From Acidobacteriaceae bacterium (GTDB taxonomy: Bacteria; Acidobacteriota; Terriglobia; Terriglobales; Acidobacteriaceae): a stretch of DNA of 33,540 nt. The position numbers and the translations under genes are program-made. This document shows, in pieces, positions 1 through 9,124 of this stretch. The notes under the pieces are model-generated. The model had not been told where the DNA came from. It saw only the letters and a list, made by a program, of their open reading frames with translations, and searched no databases. The stretch's first letter is position 1. The number at the start of each line of letters is the position of its first letter. The stretch covers positions 1 through 33,540 of the forward strand of contig JBOGMA010000181.1 in assembly GCA_050746465.1 (NCBI GenBank). Reading direction: 5' to 3'.

Positions 1-47
1 GCAAACGGAATTCTTGAGCAGGGCGCACACGGCGGACAATCGGGCGA

Positions 48-1652
48 ATGAACGAAAATCAGCAAATGACAACTGCCGATAGCGGGAAAAGTTTTCAGGC
101 TCGCGCTACGGCGCTTGCTTCGGAAACCGCTTCACGCTTTCGGCAAATGGACCCCGCGAAAAGAAAATGGTTCGCAGGTCTCACGGCGTTTCTGTTGGCC
201 TGTGTTATTGGACTGGGCTGGTACGCGACGCGAACAGACTGGCGCACCTTATATGCGGGGCTCGACTCTGAAGACGCGCGTGCGATGGCGTCGGAGCTGA
301 CGGCCGCCAATATTCCATTTGAGGTGTCTCCCGACGGTACGGCTTTGCGGGTTTCCTCCGATTTCCTGGACAAGGCGCGCCTAATCACGACCGCGAAAGG
401 AGGCCCGCGCAGCGGGCGGATGGGATTCGAGCTTTTCGACAAGCCAAACTGGATCGGTTCGGAATTCGATGAGAAGGTGAACTATCAGCGAGCGCTCGAA
501 GGCGAGCTCGAGCACACGATTGATACGCTTTCCGATGTCGAAAGCTCGCGGGTGAACCTGGTCATGCCGCACGACTCGCTATTCACGGACAATCAGCGGG
601 CGGCAAAAGCGTCTGTGGTGCTCAAATTGCGACGGCGAACCCTTTCTGAGGATGAGGCGACTGCCATCCGCAATTTGGTAGCCGGCGCGGTGGATGATTT
701 GCACCCTGAAGACGTGACTCTGGTGGATGCATCGGGGGAGCAATTAGGACGGGCAAGCGTCTCAGCGCAGCACCAGGACCACGAGCAGGAGTTAGCGTCC
801 AAGCTCATCGAGACGCTGCAACCCGTTGCGGGTCAGGGCAATGTTCGGGCGTCGGTCAATGTGGAATATGACACCTCGACTTCGGATGAGGTGGATGAGA
901 CCTACGATCCGAATGACGTCGTTACGCTTTCCATGCAGCGGACGGAACAGACCTCGGGAGGGCCGCCGCAATTGGCCGGCGTTCCGGGAACATCGAGTAA
1001 CGCGCCAAACACCAAACCTCCGGTCTATCCAACATCCACGCCACAATCGGAAAGCGAGAAGCAGGAGAGCGGAACTTATGGCGCATCAAAGAAGGTCCGG
1101 CATACCACTCAGGGTGCCGGAAAAATTCACCGTATTACAGCGGCGATACTGATCAATCAGCGCATGGTTGTAAGCGGGAAAAAGGTCACTTGGCAGCCGC
1201 GCAGCCCTGAGGAGATGAAGCGACTGACGCAGTTGGCCGAGGCTGCGATTGGCTATGATGCCACGCGCGGGGACACGGTCAGCGTTGTTGAGCTTCCGTT
1301 TGATGAGCAGGCTGCGCCCGATACACCGCTGACCCAGAGACTGCTTGCGGCAGCCAATGAGGGCCCGCTGCTCAAATATGGACTCATCCTACTAGCCATG
1401 CTTGCGCTTCTGTTATTCGTGGCGCGGCCGATGATAACAGCATTGAAGCCGGCAAGAACACCCGCGCTGGGCCCGCCGTCCCAGGCTGAGGCGCTTACCG
1501 CCGCGGCGGCAGAGCCTCCCAGTCCGGAACAGATTGCGGCGGAAAAACAAAAGCAGCATATGCAATTGGTATTTGACCAGGTAAGCGACCATTTGCGCCG
1601 CGAACCGGCCCAGAGTGCTCGCTTGCTGCAGAGCTGGATTCAGACCGATTAG
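48..1652 (+). CDS. fliF: Flagellar MS-ring protein FliF
   Basis: 534 aa with N- and C-terminal TM segments and FliF motifs GFELFDK and VNYQRALEGELEHTI; directly upstream of fliG. Confidence 0.97.
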   Translation: MNENQQMTTADSGKSFQARATALASETASRFRQMDPAKRKWFAGLTAFLLACVIGLGWYATRTDWRTLYAGLDSEDARAMASELTAANIPFEVSPDGTALRVSSDFLDKARLITTAKGGPRSGRMGFELFDKPNWIGSEFDEKVNYQRALEGELEHTIDTLSDVESSRVNLVMPHDSLFTDNQRAAKASVVLKLRRRTLSEDEATAIRNLVAGAVDDLHPEDVTLVDASGEQLGRASVSAQHQDHEQELASKLIETLQPVAGQGNVRASVNVEYDTSTSDEVDETYDPNDVVTLSMQRTEQTSGGPPQLAGVPGTSSNAPNTKPPVYPTSTPQSESEKQESGTYGASKKVRHTTQGAGKIHRITAAILINQRMVVSGKKVTWQPRSPEEMKRLTQLAEAAIGYDATRGDTVSVVELPFDEQAAPDTPLTQRLLAAANEGPLLKYGLILLAMLALLLFVARPMITALKPARTPALGPPSQAEALTAAAAEPPSPEQIAAEKQKQHMQLVFDQVSDHLRREPAQSARLLQSWIQTD

Positions 1653-1665
1653 TTAATAGGACATC

Positions 1666-2778
1666 ATGAGCACACAGCCTAATTTGCCTTCCGCGAATCC
1701 GCCGCCGAGATCTTCGACGAGTCTGGCAGCTCAGGAAAAGAATTCCACCGCGCGCCCCCGAGCAACTCTGACCGCGGGGATGCCCGGAGTTCGCAAAGCA
1801 GCCATTCTCATGGTGGCGGTGGGGGATGAATTAGGTAAAAAGATCATTCAGAATCTGCCCGAGGCGGACGTTCAGCGCGTAACCGAAGAGCTGGCGAACC
1901 TGAAGAATATTTCACCCAATCTATCCTTTGAGATCGTCGAAGAGTTCTTCGAGATGCTGGAAACTCAGCAATACATGATGCACGGCGGTCTTGACTATGC
2001 CACGCGTCTGCTCGTGGATTCATTCGGCAAGCAAAGAGCGGAAGATCTCCTGGCGCTGGTAAAGCGGGCGCAGGAGGCAAGCCAAGGCAATCTGGCGATG
2101 CTGCAGCGCGTCGACCCCGCGCAACTGGGCAAGTTTCTGAACGGCGAACATCCGCAGACGGTGGCGCTGGTGCTCGCGCACCTGGATCCCCGCCGCGCTT
2201 CGCAGGTGCTCGACAGCCTCGGTCCCGATCGCCGCGTGGAAGCGGTGAGACGGCTTGCGGCGATGCGCCAGTTTTCGCCGGAAATGGCGCAAAAGGTGGC
2301 GTTTATCCTGCACCGGCGGTTGGAGAACGTCGGCGACAGCAGTCGAAAAGCATATTCAGGATTCAAGGCGGTTGCGGATCTGCTGAATCGCCAGGATTCT
2401 GAGCAGGCGAAGAAGATTCTGGAGCAAATCGAAGACAGCGACCCCGAGATGGCGTTGAACATTCGAAATCTCATGTTCACTTTCGAAGACCTCGTCACCA
2501 TCCCCGCGGCCAGCATGCGTGAAATTGTTTCGCTAACCGACAAGCGCGTCCTTGCCCTCGCCTTGCGCAATGCGCGCGATGATCTCAAGGCGTATGTGTT
2601 TCGTGCAATGAGCTCGCGTGCCGTAGACATGCTGAAGGAGGATATGGAGGTTCTGGGCCCGGTGCGCACCAGGGAGGTGACAGGCGCGCAGCAGGAGATT
2701 CTCAATCTTGCCCGCCGTCTGGAAACCGAGGGCAAAATCATCCTCAAGCTGGAACAGGGCGACGATCTGATTCTCTAA
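1666..2778 (+). CDS. fliG: Flagellar motor switch protein FliG
   Basis: 370 aa; GVRKAAILMVAVG, GGLDY, EHPQTVALVL, MFTFEDL and GPVR motifs; AGGA SD upstream. Confidence 0.97.
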   Translation: MSTQPNLPSANPPPRSSTSLAAQEKNSTARPRATLTAGMPGVRKAAILMVAVGDELGKKIIQNLPEADVQRVTEELANLKNISPNLSFEIVEEFFEMLETQQYMMHGGLDYATRLLVDSFGKQRAEDLLALVKRAQEASQGNLAMLQRVDPAQLGKFLNGEHPQTVALVLAHLDPRRASQVLDSLGPDRRVEAVRRLAAMRQFSPEMAQKVAFILHRRLENVGDSSRKAYSGFKAVADLLNRQDSEQAKKILEQIEDSDPEMALNIRNLMFTFEDLVTIPAASMREIVSLTDKRVLALALRNARDDLKAYVFRAMSSRAVDMLKEDMEVLGPVRTREVTGAQQEILNLARRLETEGKIILKLEQGDDLIL

Positions 2779-2789
2779 GGAAGGGCGCG

Positions 2790-3569
2790 GTGGGAAAAAT
2801 GCTGGAACAATCACAAACGTCGGTGATCCCGGGGCTGATTCATCCGATGGAATATCGACAGGTCCTGGCGGACGGCGTAGCGGCGTTGCGTCCGCAGGAG
2901 GATGCCCCAGCGACACCCCGCGTTCGGGAATTGGAAGCACGAATCAGGGAACTTGAAGACGAAATTCAACAGCGATCAAGTAAAGTTGCGGCTGATCTCG
3001 AGACGGCGCGCACCGAAGCACGGGAAGAAGGGAGGATTTCCGCGCTTAATGAGCAGGCCGTCCACATCGAGTCTGTGGGGCAGCAAATCACGGTGGCTCT
3101 CACGGAGTTTGCAGCCAAACGGGACAATTATCTCGAACAAGTGGAGCAGGAGGTAGTTCGTTTGGCCCTGGCCATTGCAGAGCGAATACTTCATCGAGAG
3201 GCGCTGATGGATCCGCTCCTGCTTGCAGGAGCGGTTCGCGTCGCATTGGGTCAGCTTTCGGATACGACGAAAGTGCGCCTTATCGTCCCAACCGCGGAGC
3301 AGGGGTTGTGGAGCGAGATGCTGCGCCTGATGCCGAACCTGCCTTTGCGGCCCGATTTAGCGGCAGATGACGCTCTTTCAGCGGGCGAATGCCGAATGGA
3401 GACTCAGCTTGGAAATATTGACCTTGGAGTGCGCAGCCAGTTGGCGGAGATAGAACGCGGCTTTTTTGATCTGCTCGAAAAGCGGGACGGGTCTGCGGCC
3501 CGGAATAAACAGCCAGAACCCAGCTGCCAGGAACAACCGCAAAGCGGCGTGGATGACGTGGACAATTAA
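2790..3569 (+). CDS. fliH: Flagellar assembly protein FliH
   Basis: Between fliG and fliI; coiled-coil then VVRLALAIAERIL and D.LSAGECRMET.LGNID C-terminal FliH pattern. GTG start at 2790 or ATG at 2799. Confidence 0.9.
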   Translation: MGKMLEQSQTSVIPGLIHPMEYRQVLADGVAALRPQEDAPATPRVRELEARIRELEDEIQQRSSKVAADLETARTEAREEGRISALNEQAVHIESVGQQITVALTEFAAKRDNYLEQVEQEVVRLALAIAERILHREALMDPLLLAGAVRVALGQLSDTTKVRLIVPTAEQGLWSEMLRLMPNLPLRPDLAADDALSAGECRMETQLGNIDLGVRSQLAEIERGFFDLLEKRDGSAARNKQPEPSCQEQPQSGVDDVDN

Positions 3570-4879
3570 TGGAAGCGCTTGGGACCTATTTCTCGCGGCT
3601 GAACCAACGTCCTGTGTGGCGCTGGCGTGGGCGGGTAGTTGAGGCCTTAGGCCAGACCATTGAGTCGGAAGGGCCGCCCTGCTCGATCGGGGAATGTTGC
3701 GAGATTGTCGATGGGGCAGGCGAGCGGCACCTGGTGGAAGTGATTGGATTTCGCGGAAACAATGTTCTGTCAATGCCGGTTGAGACATCGGAAGGAATCC
3801 GCTATGGAGACGTGGTTGAAGGTCTGAGCGCGATGCCCCACATCGAAATCGGTGAGGCGATGATCGGGAGGGTGCTGAATTCGCTCGGCCATCCGATCGA
3901 TGGAGGAGGACGCCCGGTTTTGCGAGGATCAGTCCCGCTTGAGCGATTAGCTCCACCGCCGCTTGACAGAACCCCCATTCGCACCCCGCTGGGCACCGGT
4001 ATCCGTGCGATTGACGGGATGCTCACTGTCGGTCGAGGGCAGAGGGTCGGAATTTTCGGAGGCTCGGGTGTTGGCAAGAGCACACTCATCGGCATGATGA
4101 CGCGCAATAGCGACGCGGAGGTGATCGTTCTCGGCCTGGTGGGCGAGCGCGGGCGCGAGGTGGGCGAGTTTCTGGAAGACAGCCTGGGAGAGGCGGGGCG
4201 AAGGCGGTCGGTGGTAATTGTATCCACGTCGGACCAGTCGCCGTTGCTGCGTATGAGGGCTGCGCTGGCGGCAACCAGCGTTGCCGAATATTTTGCAGCT
4301 CAGGGAAAACACGTTCTGCTGGTTCTGGATTCGCTGACCCGCTTTGCCATGGCGGCGCGCGAGGTCGGCCTGGCTGCGGGCGAGCCGCCGACGGCCAAAG
4401 GATACACGCCTTCGGTCTTCAATCGGCTCGCGCGGTTGATTGAGCGAGCCGGCCAATTCCGCCAGGGCAGCATCACGGCTTTTTACACTGTGTTGATGGA
4501 GGGCGATGACCAGCAGGACCCGCTGGTCGACGCCGTGCGTTCGTTTCTTGACGGCCATGTGCTGCTTTCCCGCGCTCTGGCCTCCGAAGGCTGGTATCCG
4601 CCGATTCAGATCCTCGACTCGATAAGCCGTCTGATGCCCGCGGTCATCACGGCTGAGCACAAGCAAGCGGCCTCGGTGCTGCGCCGCATGCTTGCCGTCT
4701 ACGCCCGCTCTGAAGACCTGATTCGGATTGGGGCCTATAAGCCGGGCACGGATCCGGATCTCGACCGGGCCCTTCACTCGCGTCAGGCTTTGCGCTCTTT
4801 CCTCGAACAGGATGCAAAGGAAGATGTCTCGCTCACGTCCAGCATCACGGGTCTGGTTTCGCTGGCGCAGGGGTTGTGA
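3569..4879 (+). CDS. fliI: Flagellar export ATPase FliI
   Basis: Walker A GGSGVGKST, GERGREV, LLVLDSLTRFAMA, GEPPTAKGY; TAATG overlap with fliH. Confidence 0.98.
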   Translation: MEALGTYFSRLNQRPVWRWRGRVVEALGQTIESEGPPCSIGECCEIVDGAGERHLVEVIGFRGNNVLSMPVETSEGIRYGDVVEGLSAMPHIEIGEAMIGRVLNSLGHPIDGGGRPVLRGSVPLERLAPPPLDRTPIRTPLGTGIRAIDGMLTVGRGQRVGIFGGSGVGKSTLIGMMTRNSDAEVIVLGLVGERGREVGEFLEDSLGEAGRRRSVVIVSTSDQSPLLRMRAALAATSVAEYFAAQGKHVLLVLDSLTRFAMAAREVGLAAGEPPTAKGYTPSVFNRLARLIERAGQFRQGSITAFYTVLMEGDDQQDPLVDAVRSFLDGHVLLSRALASEGWYPPIQILDSISRLMPAVITAEHKQAASVLRRMLAVYARSEDLIRIGAYKPGTDPDLDRALHSRQALRSFLEQDAKEDVSLTSSITGLVSLAQGL

Positions 4880-4880
4880 A

Positions 4881-5354
4881 ATGGCGGCTTCGATCTCCCG
4901 ACTGTTGAAAGTCCGCCGCCTGCTTGAGGAGTCCGCGCGATTGGAACTGGAGCGCAGGGTTGCGCTCGCAGACCGAATTGAGCGCGCCGAGGAATGCGAA
5001 CTGACGAACATGCATGAGAGTCGGGAACGCGCGGTTGCGGCTATTGTTGACGAAGGTGATTCCGAACAACAGCAGTCATACCTGCGGCATGCGGAATGGG
5101 CAAATGCAGACAGATCGGCGGTGCGCCGGCAAATGCTGCGTGCGATGGGTGAAGCTACGGAAAGCCGAGTTATTGAAGCCCGCATGGCCTTTCTCGAACG
5201 CCGTACTGAGCGCCGACAGGTGAAGAGCGTGCTGGAAGCCGGTGAAGCTCGAGCAAGATATGAGCAGGAGCGTCGAATCCAGAGGGATCTGGATGATTGG
5301 TTCGGCGTGAAGCAATTTCAGCGGAAGCGGAATCGGTATCGCGATCCACTTTAA
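4881..5354 (+). CDS. fliJ: Flagellar export protein FliJ (divergent)
   Basis: ATG 1 nt after the fliI stop (track ORF 4728 over-extends into fliI); 157 aa charged helical protein ending EQERRIQRDLDD, like FliJ's EQ..LDE; canonical position. Confidence 0.78.
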   Translation: MAASISRLLKVRRLLEESARLELERRVALADRIERAEECELTNMHESRERAVAAIVDEGDSEQQQSYLRHAEWANADRSAVRRQMLRAMGEATESRVIEARMAFLERRTERRQVKSVLEAGEARARYEQERRIQRDLDDWFGVKQFQRKRNRYRDPL

Positions 5355-5399
5355 TTCTGAGAATTTTCTATTTTTCGCGGCCCTTTAAGCCCGCCGCTC

Positions 5400-5415
5400 T
5401 GGCATGCGATCTGCA
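5400..5415 (+). promoter_or_regulatory. Sigma54 (RpoN) -24/-12 promoter for fliK-flgD-flgE
   Basis: TGGCATGCGATCTGCA: GG(5401-2)-N10-GC(5413-4), close to the TGGCACG-N4-TTGCW consensus; AT-rich tract upstream at about 5350-5375. Confidence 0.8.
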
Positions 5416-5439
5416 TACTCTCCGGCGAGGACCAGAGAG

Positions 5440-7050
5440 ATGCCTGATGTTGCTTCTATGACAGCGCTCGCGGTGCATGCTGCCCCAGCGCCCAAGCAAT
5501 GCGATCGAGCGGGTGGCAAGCAGGCCACGACGAACCTGGAGTTCGGAAGATTAGTTCGCGAGCAGGCTGGGCCGATGGAGTCTTCAAAGTCAGGTGCAGG
5601 CGTCGTTGACGTCAAAAACAGTTCGTCCTCTCCAGCGGTATCTAAAGATCTGAATATCGTCGGCTTCCCGGTTGAAAATCAGGACCAGTCCGTTCCCGAT
5701 CAGTCAAGCCCTGGCGGTGAAAACGCAGCTAAGATCGGTTTCGGAAACGCGACGCCGACTGACGCACAGCATCCGCCTCTATCCTCTCTTTCGGTGAGTG
5801 AGCAAGATGGAAAAGCTAAGCCCGGCTTCGTTGCGGAGGTGGTCGGCGAGGACTCGCCCATGCTCACTGCAACGATTTCCAGGGGATCAGGCAAGCCAAG
5901 CGATGCGAGTTCTTCGCCGGCGGCTGCGGAATCGCACGCCTCCAGCAAGAAAAAAGCCTCGGATACCACGACGGGGAAGAAGGCGGAAACCCCGAATTCG
6001 GCTCCAGTATCGGGCCAAATGATTGTGTCTGAATTGCTGCCGCGTATTCCTGTTCTGTCGGCCACAAAATCTGCGCCTGAGCAGACTGGCGCCCAAAGCC
6101 GGCCGGCGAGTCGACAGGTGAATTTACAGGACACGCAGGATTCGGGGGGCACGGATCAGTTGCAATCGGGGGGACCAGACACTTCGATTTCCTCAGCTCT
6201 TCCATCGGAAGGGGAGGGCGTCTCCCAACCTGCGTTGCCGGGGTCCGAATTTTCGTTCGATGCCGCCGCGAATGGAAGAGAGATGACGGTGAATTCAGCG
6301 GACCACATTGGTTTCTCCAAACAGCCAAGTCCGGCATCTTCTCAGGCGAGCCGCGCTGCTTCGGAAAAGCGAACCACCGGGGCAGGAGTGACTGGCAGTC
6401 TCATAGGAGGCGTTATTGCCCCTGCGTCGGTTGAAGCGTCCGCTGGCGGCATGCAAGGGGTAGGGACGGTATCTTCGGCCGCTGCGAACCCGGCGGGGGC
6501 GGGGATCAATTCTCCGGGTGTCGGTGCTTCCAATCTTTATGACAGGATCGACCAGGGCGCCGCGCCTGTTGTTCTGCACTCCGGTGCGCAGCACGTTTCG
6601 GTCGGAGTGCAAGATCCGAATCTGGGCTGGGTGGAGATACAGGCGCAGAACACCGCAGGTCATGTGGATGCGACGCTTGTCACGGCCTCCGGCCAAACCC
6701 ATGCCTCGCTTGCGGCGCAACTGCCTTCGATGGCGCAATACCTTCAGCAGCGGGATGTGAGGGTAGGCACCCTGCTTGTACATCATCATGTGTCGGGCGG
6801 CGGCAGTTCCGCGGCGGGCGGCGGCGGCTCCGCGGCGGGCGGCGGCGGCTCGGGATATGGCTCTGCGAATTCCGGAACGGGCGCGCACCATTCAAACGCC
6901 GGGAATTCGGGAGGAGGGCGGGCCGCTCCACGGCTCAGCGGCGTCTCCGCTGGACGAGTCCGATCGGGGCAGGGAATGGGAGGCGGAGTTCAAGGCGGCG
7001 ATGACGGCGCAGCGTTCCGACCCGTTTCGTATATCAGCGTTCGCGCCTGA
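5440..7050 (+). CDS. fliK: Flagellar hook-length control protein FliK
   Basis: Long Ser/Ala/Pro-rich low-complexity region, then a FliK C-terminal-like domain (VGVQDPNLGWVEIQAQ...HASLAAQLPSMAQYLQQRDV); lies between fliJ and flgD. Start moved from 5404, which lies inside the sigma54 element, to ATG 5440 (5458 possible). Confidence 0.82.
   Translation: MPDVASMTALAVHAAPAPKQCDRAGGKQATTNLEFGRLVREQAGPMESSKSGAGVVDVKNSSSSPAVSKDLNIVGFPVENQDQSVPDQSSPGGENAAKIGFGNATPTDAQHPPLSSLSVSEQDGKAKPGFVAEVVGEDSPMLTATISRGSGKPSDASSSPAAAESHASSKKKASDTTTGKKAETPNSAPVSGQMIVSELLPRIPVLSATKSAPEQTGAQSRPASRQVNLQDTQDSGGTDQLQSGGPDTSISSALPSEGEGVSQPALPGSEFSFDAAANGREMTVNSADHIGFSKQPSPASSQASRAASEKRTTGAGVTGSLIGGVIAPASVEASAGGMQGVGTVSSAAANPAGAGINSPGVGASNLYDRIDQGAAPVVLHSGAQHVSVGVQDPNLGWVEIQAQNTAGHVDATLVTASGQTHASLAAQLPSMAQYLQQRDVRVGTLLVHHHVSGGGSSAAGGGGSAAGGGGSGYGSANSGTGAHHSNAGNSGGGRAAPRLSGVSAGRVRSGQGMGGGVQGGDDGAAFRPVSYISVRA
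6808..6849 (+). repeat. Perfect 2 x 21-bp in-frame tandem repeat (SAAGGGG x2) in the fliK tail
   Basis: tccgcggcgggcggcggcggc at 6808-6828 and 6829-6849. Confidence 0.95.
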
Positions 7051-7073
7051 TCGCGATTCGCGCCTGATCGCGA
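7040..7073 (+). repeat. Perfect 2 x 17-bp tandem duplication spanning the fliK stop codon
   Basis: ttcgcgcctgatcgcga at 7040-7056 and 7057-7073. Confidence 0.95.
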
Positions 7074-7124
7074 GAGGAGCAGATTCGAGGTTTTGACAAA
7101 GCAACAGGAATCAGAAAGGAAATT

Positions 7125-7724
7125 ATGCATCTAGCAAGCCCATACACCGCGAGACAGCCATTTCAATCGCCTAACACGCTCTCCACTGGCGCGCAGACGG
7201 ACGGCGCCGGATCGAGCTCTTCGACTTCCGGCTCGTCTTCCAATTCCGGAACCTCGACGGCCGCTATTACGGCCAATGACTTCCTTCAGTTGCTGGTGAC
7301 CGAACTTCAGAATCAGGATCCGACGGCTAACACGGATCCCAACGAATATGTGAATCAGCTTGTACAGGTCAATACGCTGCAGCAGCAAATTCAAATGAAC
7401 CAGACGCTCGACGGAGGACCTACGCTGACGGGCGGGAGCAATGGTGTCCTCCAGGAACTCTCGCAAATGAATCAGGCTCTCCAGGGGGACCTTTCATCGG
7501 CGAGCCCCTCCGCGCGCGTGGCTCCGCAGGTTGATCTGAATCCGGCCGCTTCAGAAAAGGGAACCGCAATCTCGTCAGGCAATCTCAGCGCACCCTCCGA
7601 GACCCAGACCAGTGCAGCTGCGCAGGCAGTCGCAACATCCCTGGCCCGGAGCTCTCGAACCCCTGTCTCAGGCCACAAATCCAGCGCGTTCGAGCAGTTC
7701 GCAAGCTTTTTGAAGAGCAAATAG
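7125..7724 (+). CDS. flgD: Flagellar hook capping protein FlgD (N-terminal domain plus low-complexity tail)
   Basis: NDFLQLLVTELQNQDPTANTDPNEYVNQLVQ is the FlgD signature; AGGA SD; precedes flgE. Confidence 0.93.
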   Translation: MHLASPYTARQPFQSPNTLSTGAQTDGAGSSSSTSGSSSNSGTSTAAITANDFLQLLVTELQNQDPTANTDPNEYVNQLVQVNTLQQQIQMNQTLDGGPTLTGGSNGVLQELSQMNQALQGDLSSASPSARVAPQVDLNPAASEKGTAISSGNLSAPSETQTSAAAQAVATSLARSSRTPVSGHKSSAFEQFASFLKSK

Positions 7725-7779
7725 AACTGAGAAGGATCGCGAGTTTCAGTGAATTCAACTTCAGCAACCAAGGAGAGTT

Positions 7780-9018
7780 ATGTCCTCATTTTCAATACCC
7801 CTTACCGGACTCAAGTCATCGACGACGGCGCTCAACACAATTGCCAATAACCTGTCGAATATGAACACAACCGCATTCAAGAGCCAGAACGTCAGTTTCA
7901 GTGATCTGTTTTACCAGCAGATTGGCTCTTCCGGATCCGGCGATCCGCTTTCGGTCGGCGCCGGCTCGCAGGTCGCCGCAACCACTACCGACTTTACGGA
8001 AGGCAGCATTAACTCCACAGGGAATGACGCCGACATGGCCATTGGGGGCGCCACTGGAGCGGGATTCTTCGTGGTTCAGGATGGCAACACGACCGAATAC
8101 ACGCGAGACGGCAGCTTCAACGTCAACTCGGCAGGCTATCTCACCACCCAGAGCGGTCTGAAGGTAATGGGCTTTCCCGTAGTTGGCGGTGTGGTGAACA
8201 CCAATGCACCGCTCGCTCCCATCCAGCTTCCCGTGGGCAGCGCGGAGCAGCCCGCCGCCACCCAAAACCTCGCCATTACCGGAAGTCTGGACTCGACGGC
8301 CAACGTCGGCGACACCGCTTCCGGGCAGGTGATGCTTTACGATTCACTTGGCCAGAGTTACAACGCCACCCTGACCTTCACCAACACCGGAGCCAACACC
8401 TGGGACTACAGCATTGCGCTTCCCGCAGGGGCCGCTTCTGGGGGGACGAATCTTACCGGCACGCTGTCCTTCGACTCGAACGGCAACCTGACCTCGCCGG
8501 CGGCCAACGTCGGCGGCGTCAGCTTTACGGGGCTGAGCGACGGGGCGAGCAACCTGACGTTCAACTGGAACCTCTATGGGGCGAATGGGCGGCCGACGAT
8601 CACGCAGTTCGCCACTGCTTCCGATGCTGTCTCCAGCTATAACCAGGACGGCTTCACCAGCGGCGGGTACCAGGGGTTCACAGTGGATTCCAGTGGGCTG
8701 ATCTCGGCCAAGTTCAGCAACGGGCTGACATCGCCGGTGGGACAGATCGCGCTGGCGAATGTGGTCAACCCGCAGGGCCTGAGCGTGCAGGGTGGCGATC
8801 TCTACCAGACAACGCTTGCCTCCGGGGCGGCCAGCTTCGGGGTGGCTGGAACGGGCGGCCTAGGGACAATCCAGAACGATGCGCTGGAGGCATCGAACGT
8901 GAACATCTCCAATGAATTTTCAAATTTGATCATTGCGCAACAGGCCTACGAGGCCAGTTCCAAAGCGATCACTACTTTCGATACTGTGTCCCAGGACACC
9001 ATTAACATGATTCACTGA
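7780..9018 (+). CDS. flgE: Flagellar hook protein FlgE
   Basis: IANNLSNMNTTAFKS, YTRDGSF, YDSLG and LEASNVNISNEFSNLIIAQQAYEA motifs; 412 aa; AAGGAG SD. Confidence 0.96.
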   Translation: MSSFSIPLTGLKSSTTALNTIANNLSNMNTTAFKSQNVSFSDLFYQQIGSSGSGDPLSVGAGSQVAATTTDFTEGSINSTGNDADMAIGGATGAGFFVVQDGNTTEYTRDGSFNVNSAGYLTTQSGLKVMGFPVVGGVVNTNAPLAPIQLPVGSAEQPAATQNLAITGSLDSTANVGDTASGQVMLYDSLGQSYNATLTFTNTGANTWDYSIALPAGAASGGTNLTGTLSFDSNGNLTSPAANVGGVSFTGLSDGASNLTFNWNLYGANGRPTITQFATASDAVSSYNQDGFTSGGYQGFTVDSSGLISAKFSNGLTSPVGQIALANVVNPQGLSVQGGDLYQTTLASGAASFGVAGTGGLGTIQNDALEASNVNISNEFSNLIIAQQAYEASSKAITTFDTVSQDTINMIH

Positions 9019-9023
9019 GAAAT

Positions 9024-9064
9024 CGGCCGGAAGTCAGCCAAGCTGCCTTCCGGTCGTTTTCCTT
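9024..9064 (+). terminator. Intrinsic terminator after flgE
   Basis: Stem cggccggaag-t-cagc / gctg-c-cttccggtcg with a caa loop (9024-9056), followed by ttttcctt. Confidence 0.75.
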
Positions 9065-9094
9065 AAAATTCTTTAACCTTCAGTGGCCCATTTT

Positions 9095-9110
9095 CGGTCA
9101 GCCAACTGCA
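9095..9110 (+). promoter_or_regulatory. Putative sigma54 -24/-12 promoter for the fliN-like/fliOPQR-flhBA operon
   Basis: CGGTCAGCCAACTGCA: GG(9096-7)-N10-GC(9108-9) with the same CTGCA -12 box as the fliK element; follows a terminator and an AT-rich tract. The -24 half is weaker. Confidence 0.5.
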
Positions 9111-9124
9111 CCATTTCGGGCATC

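Noticed and set aside
3947..5185. 412-aa minus-strand ORF, plus other long antisense ORFs (1995-2747, 9123-9869, 26616-27314, 32145-32948)
   Set aside because: They lie opposite well-conserved genes in GC-rich DNA and show no recognisable motifs; treated as shadow ORFs.
7088..7121. GG-N10-GC and TTGACA upstream of flgD
   Set aside because: Flanking bases do not fit the sigma54 consensus, and there is no -10 hexamer 17 nt after TTGACA.
7105..7127. Repeated AGGA(A/C)AT(T/C)ATG before fliG, flgD, fliM and flgL as a regulatory motif
   Set aside because: Adequately explained as Shine-Dalgarno plus spacer.
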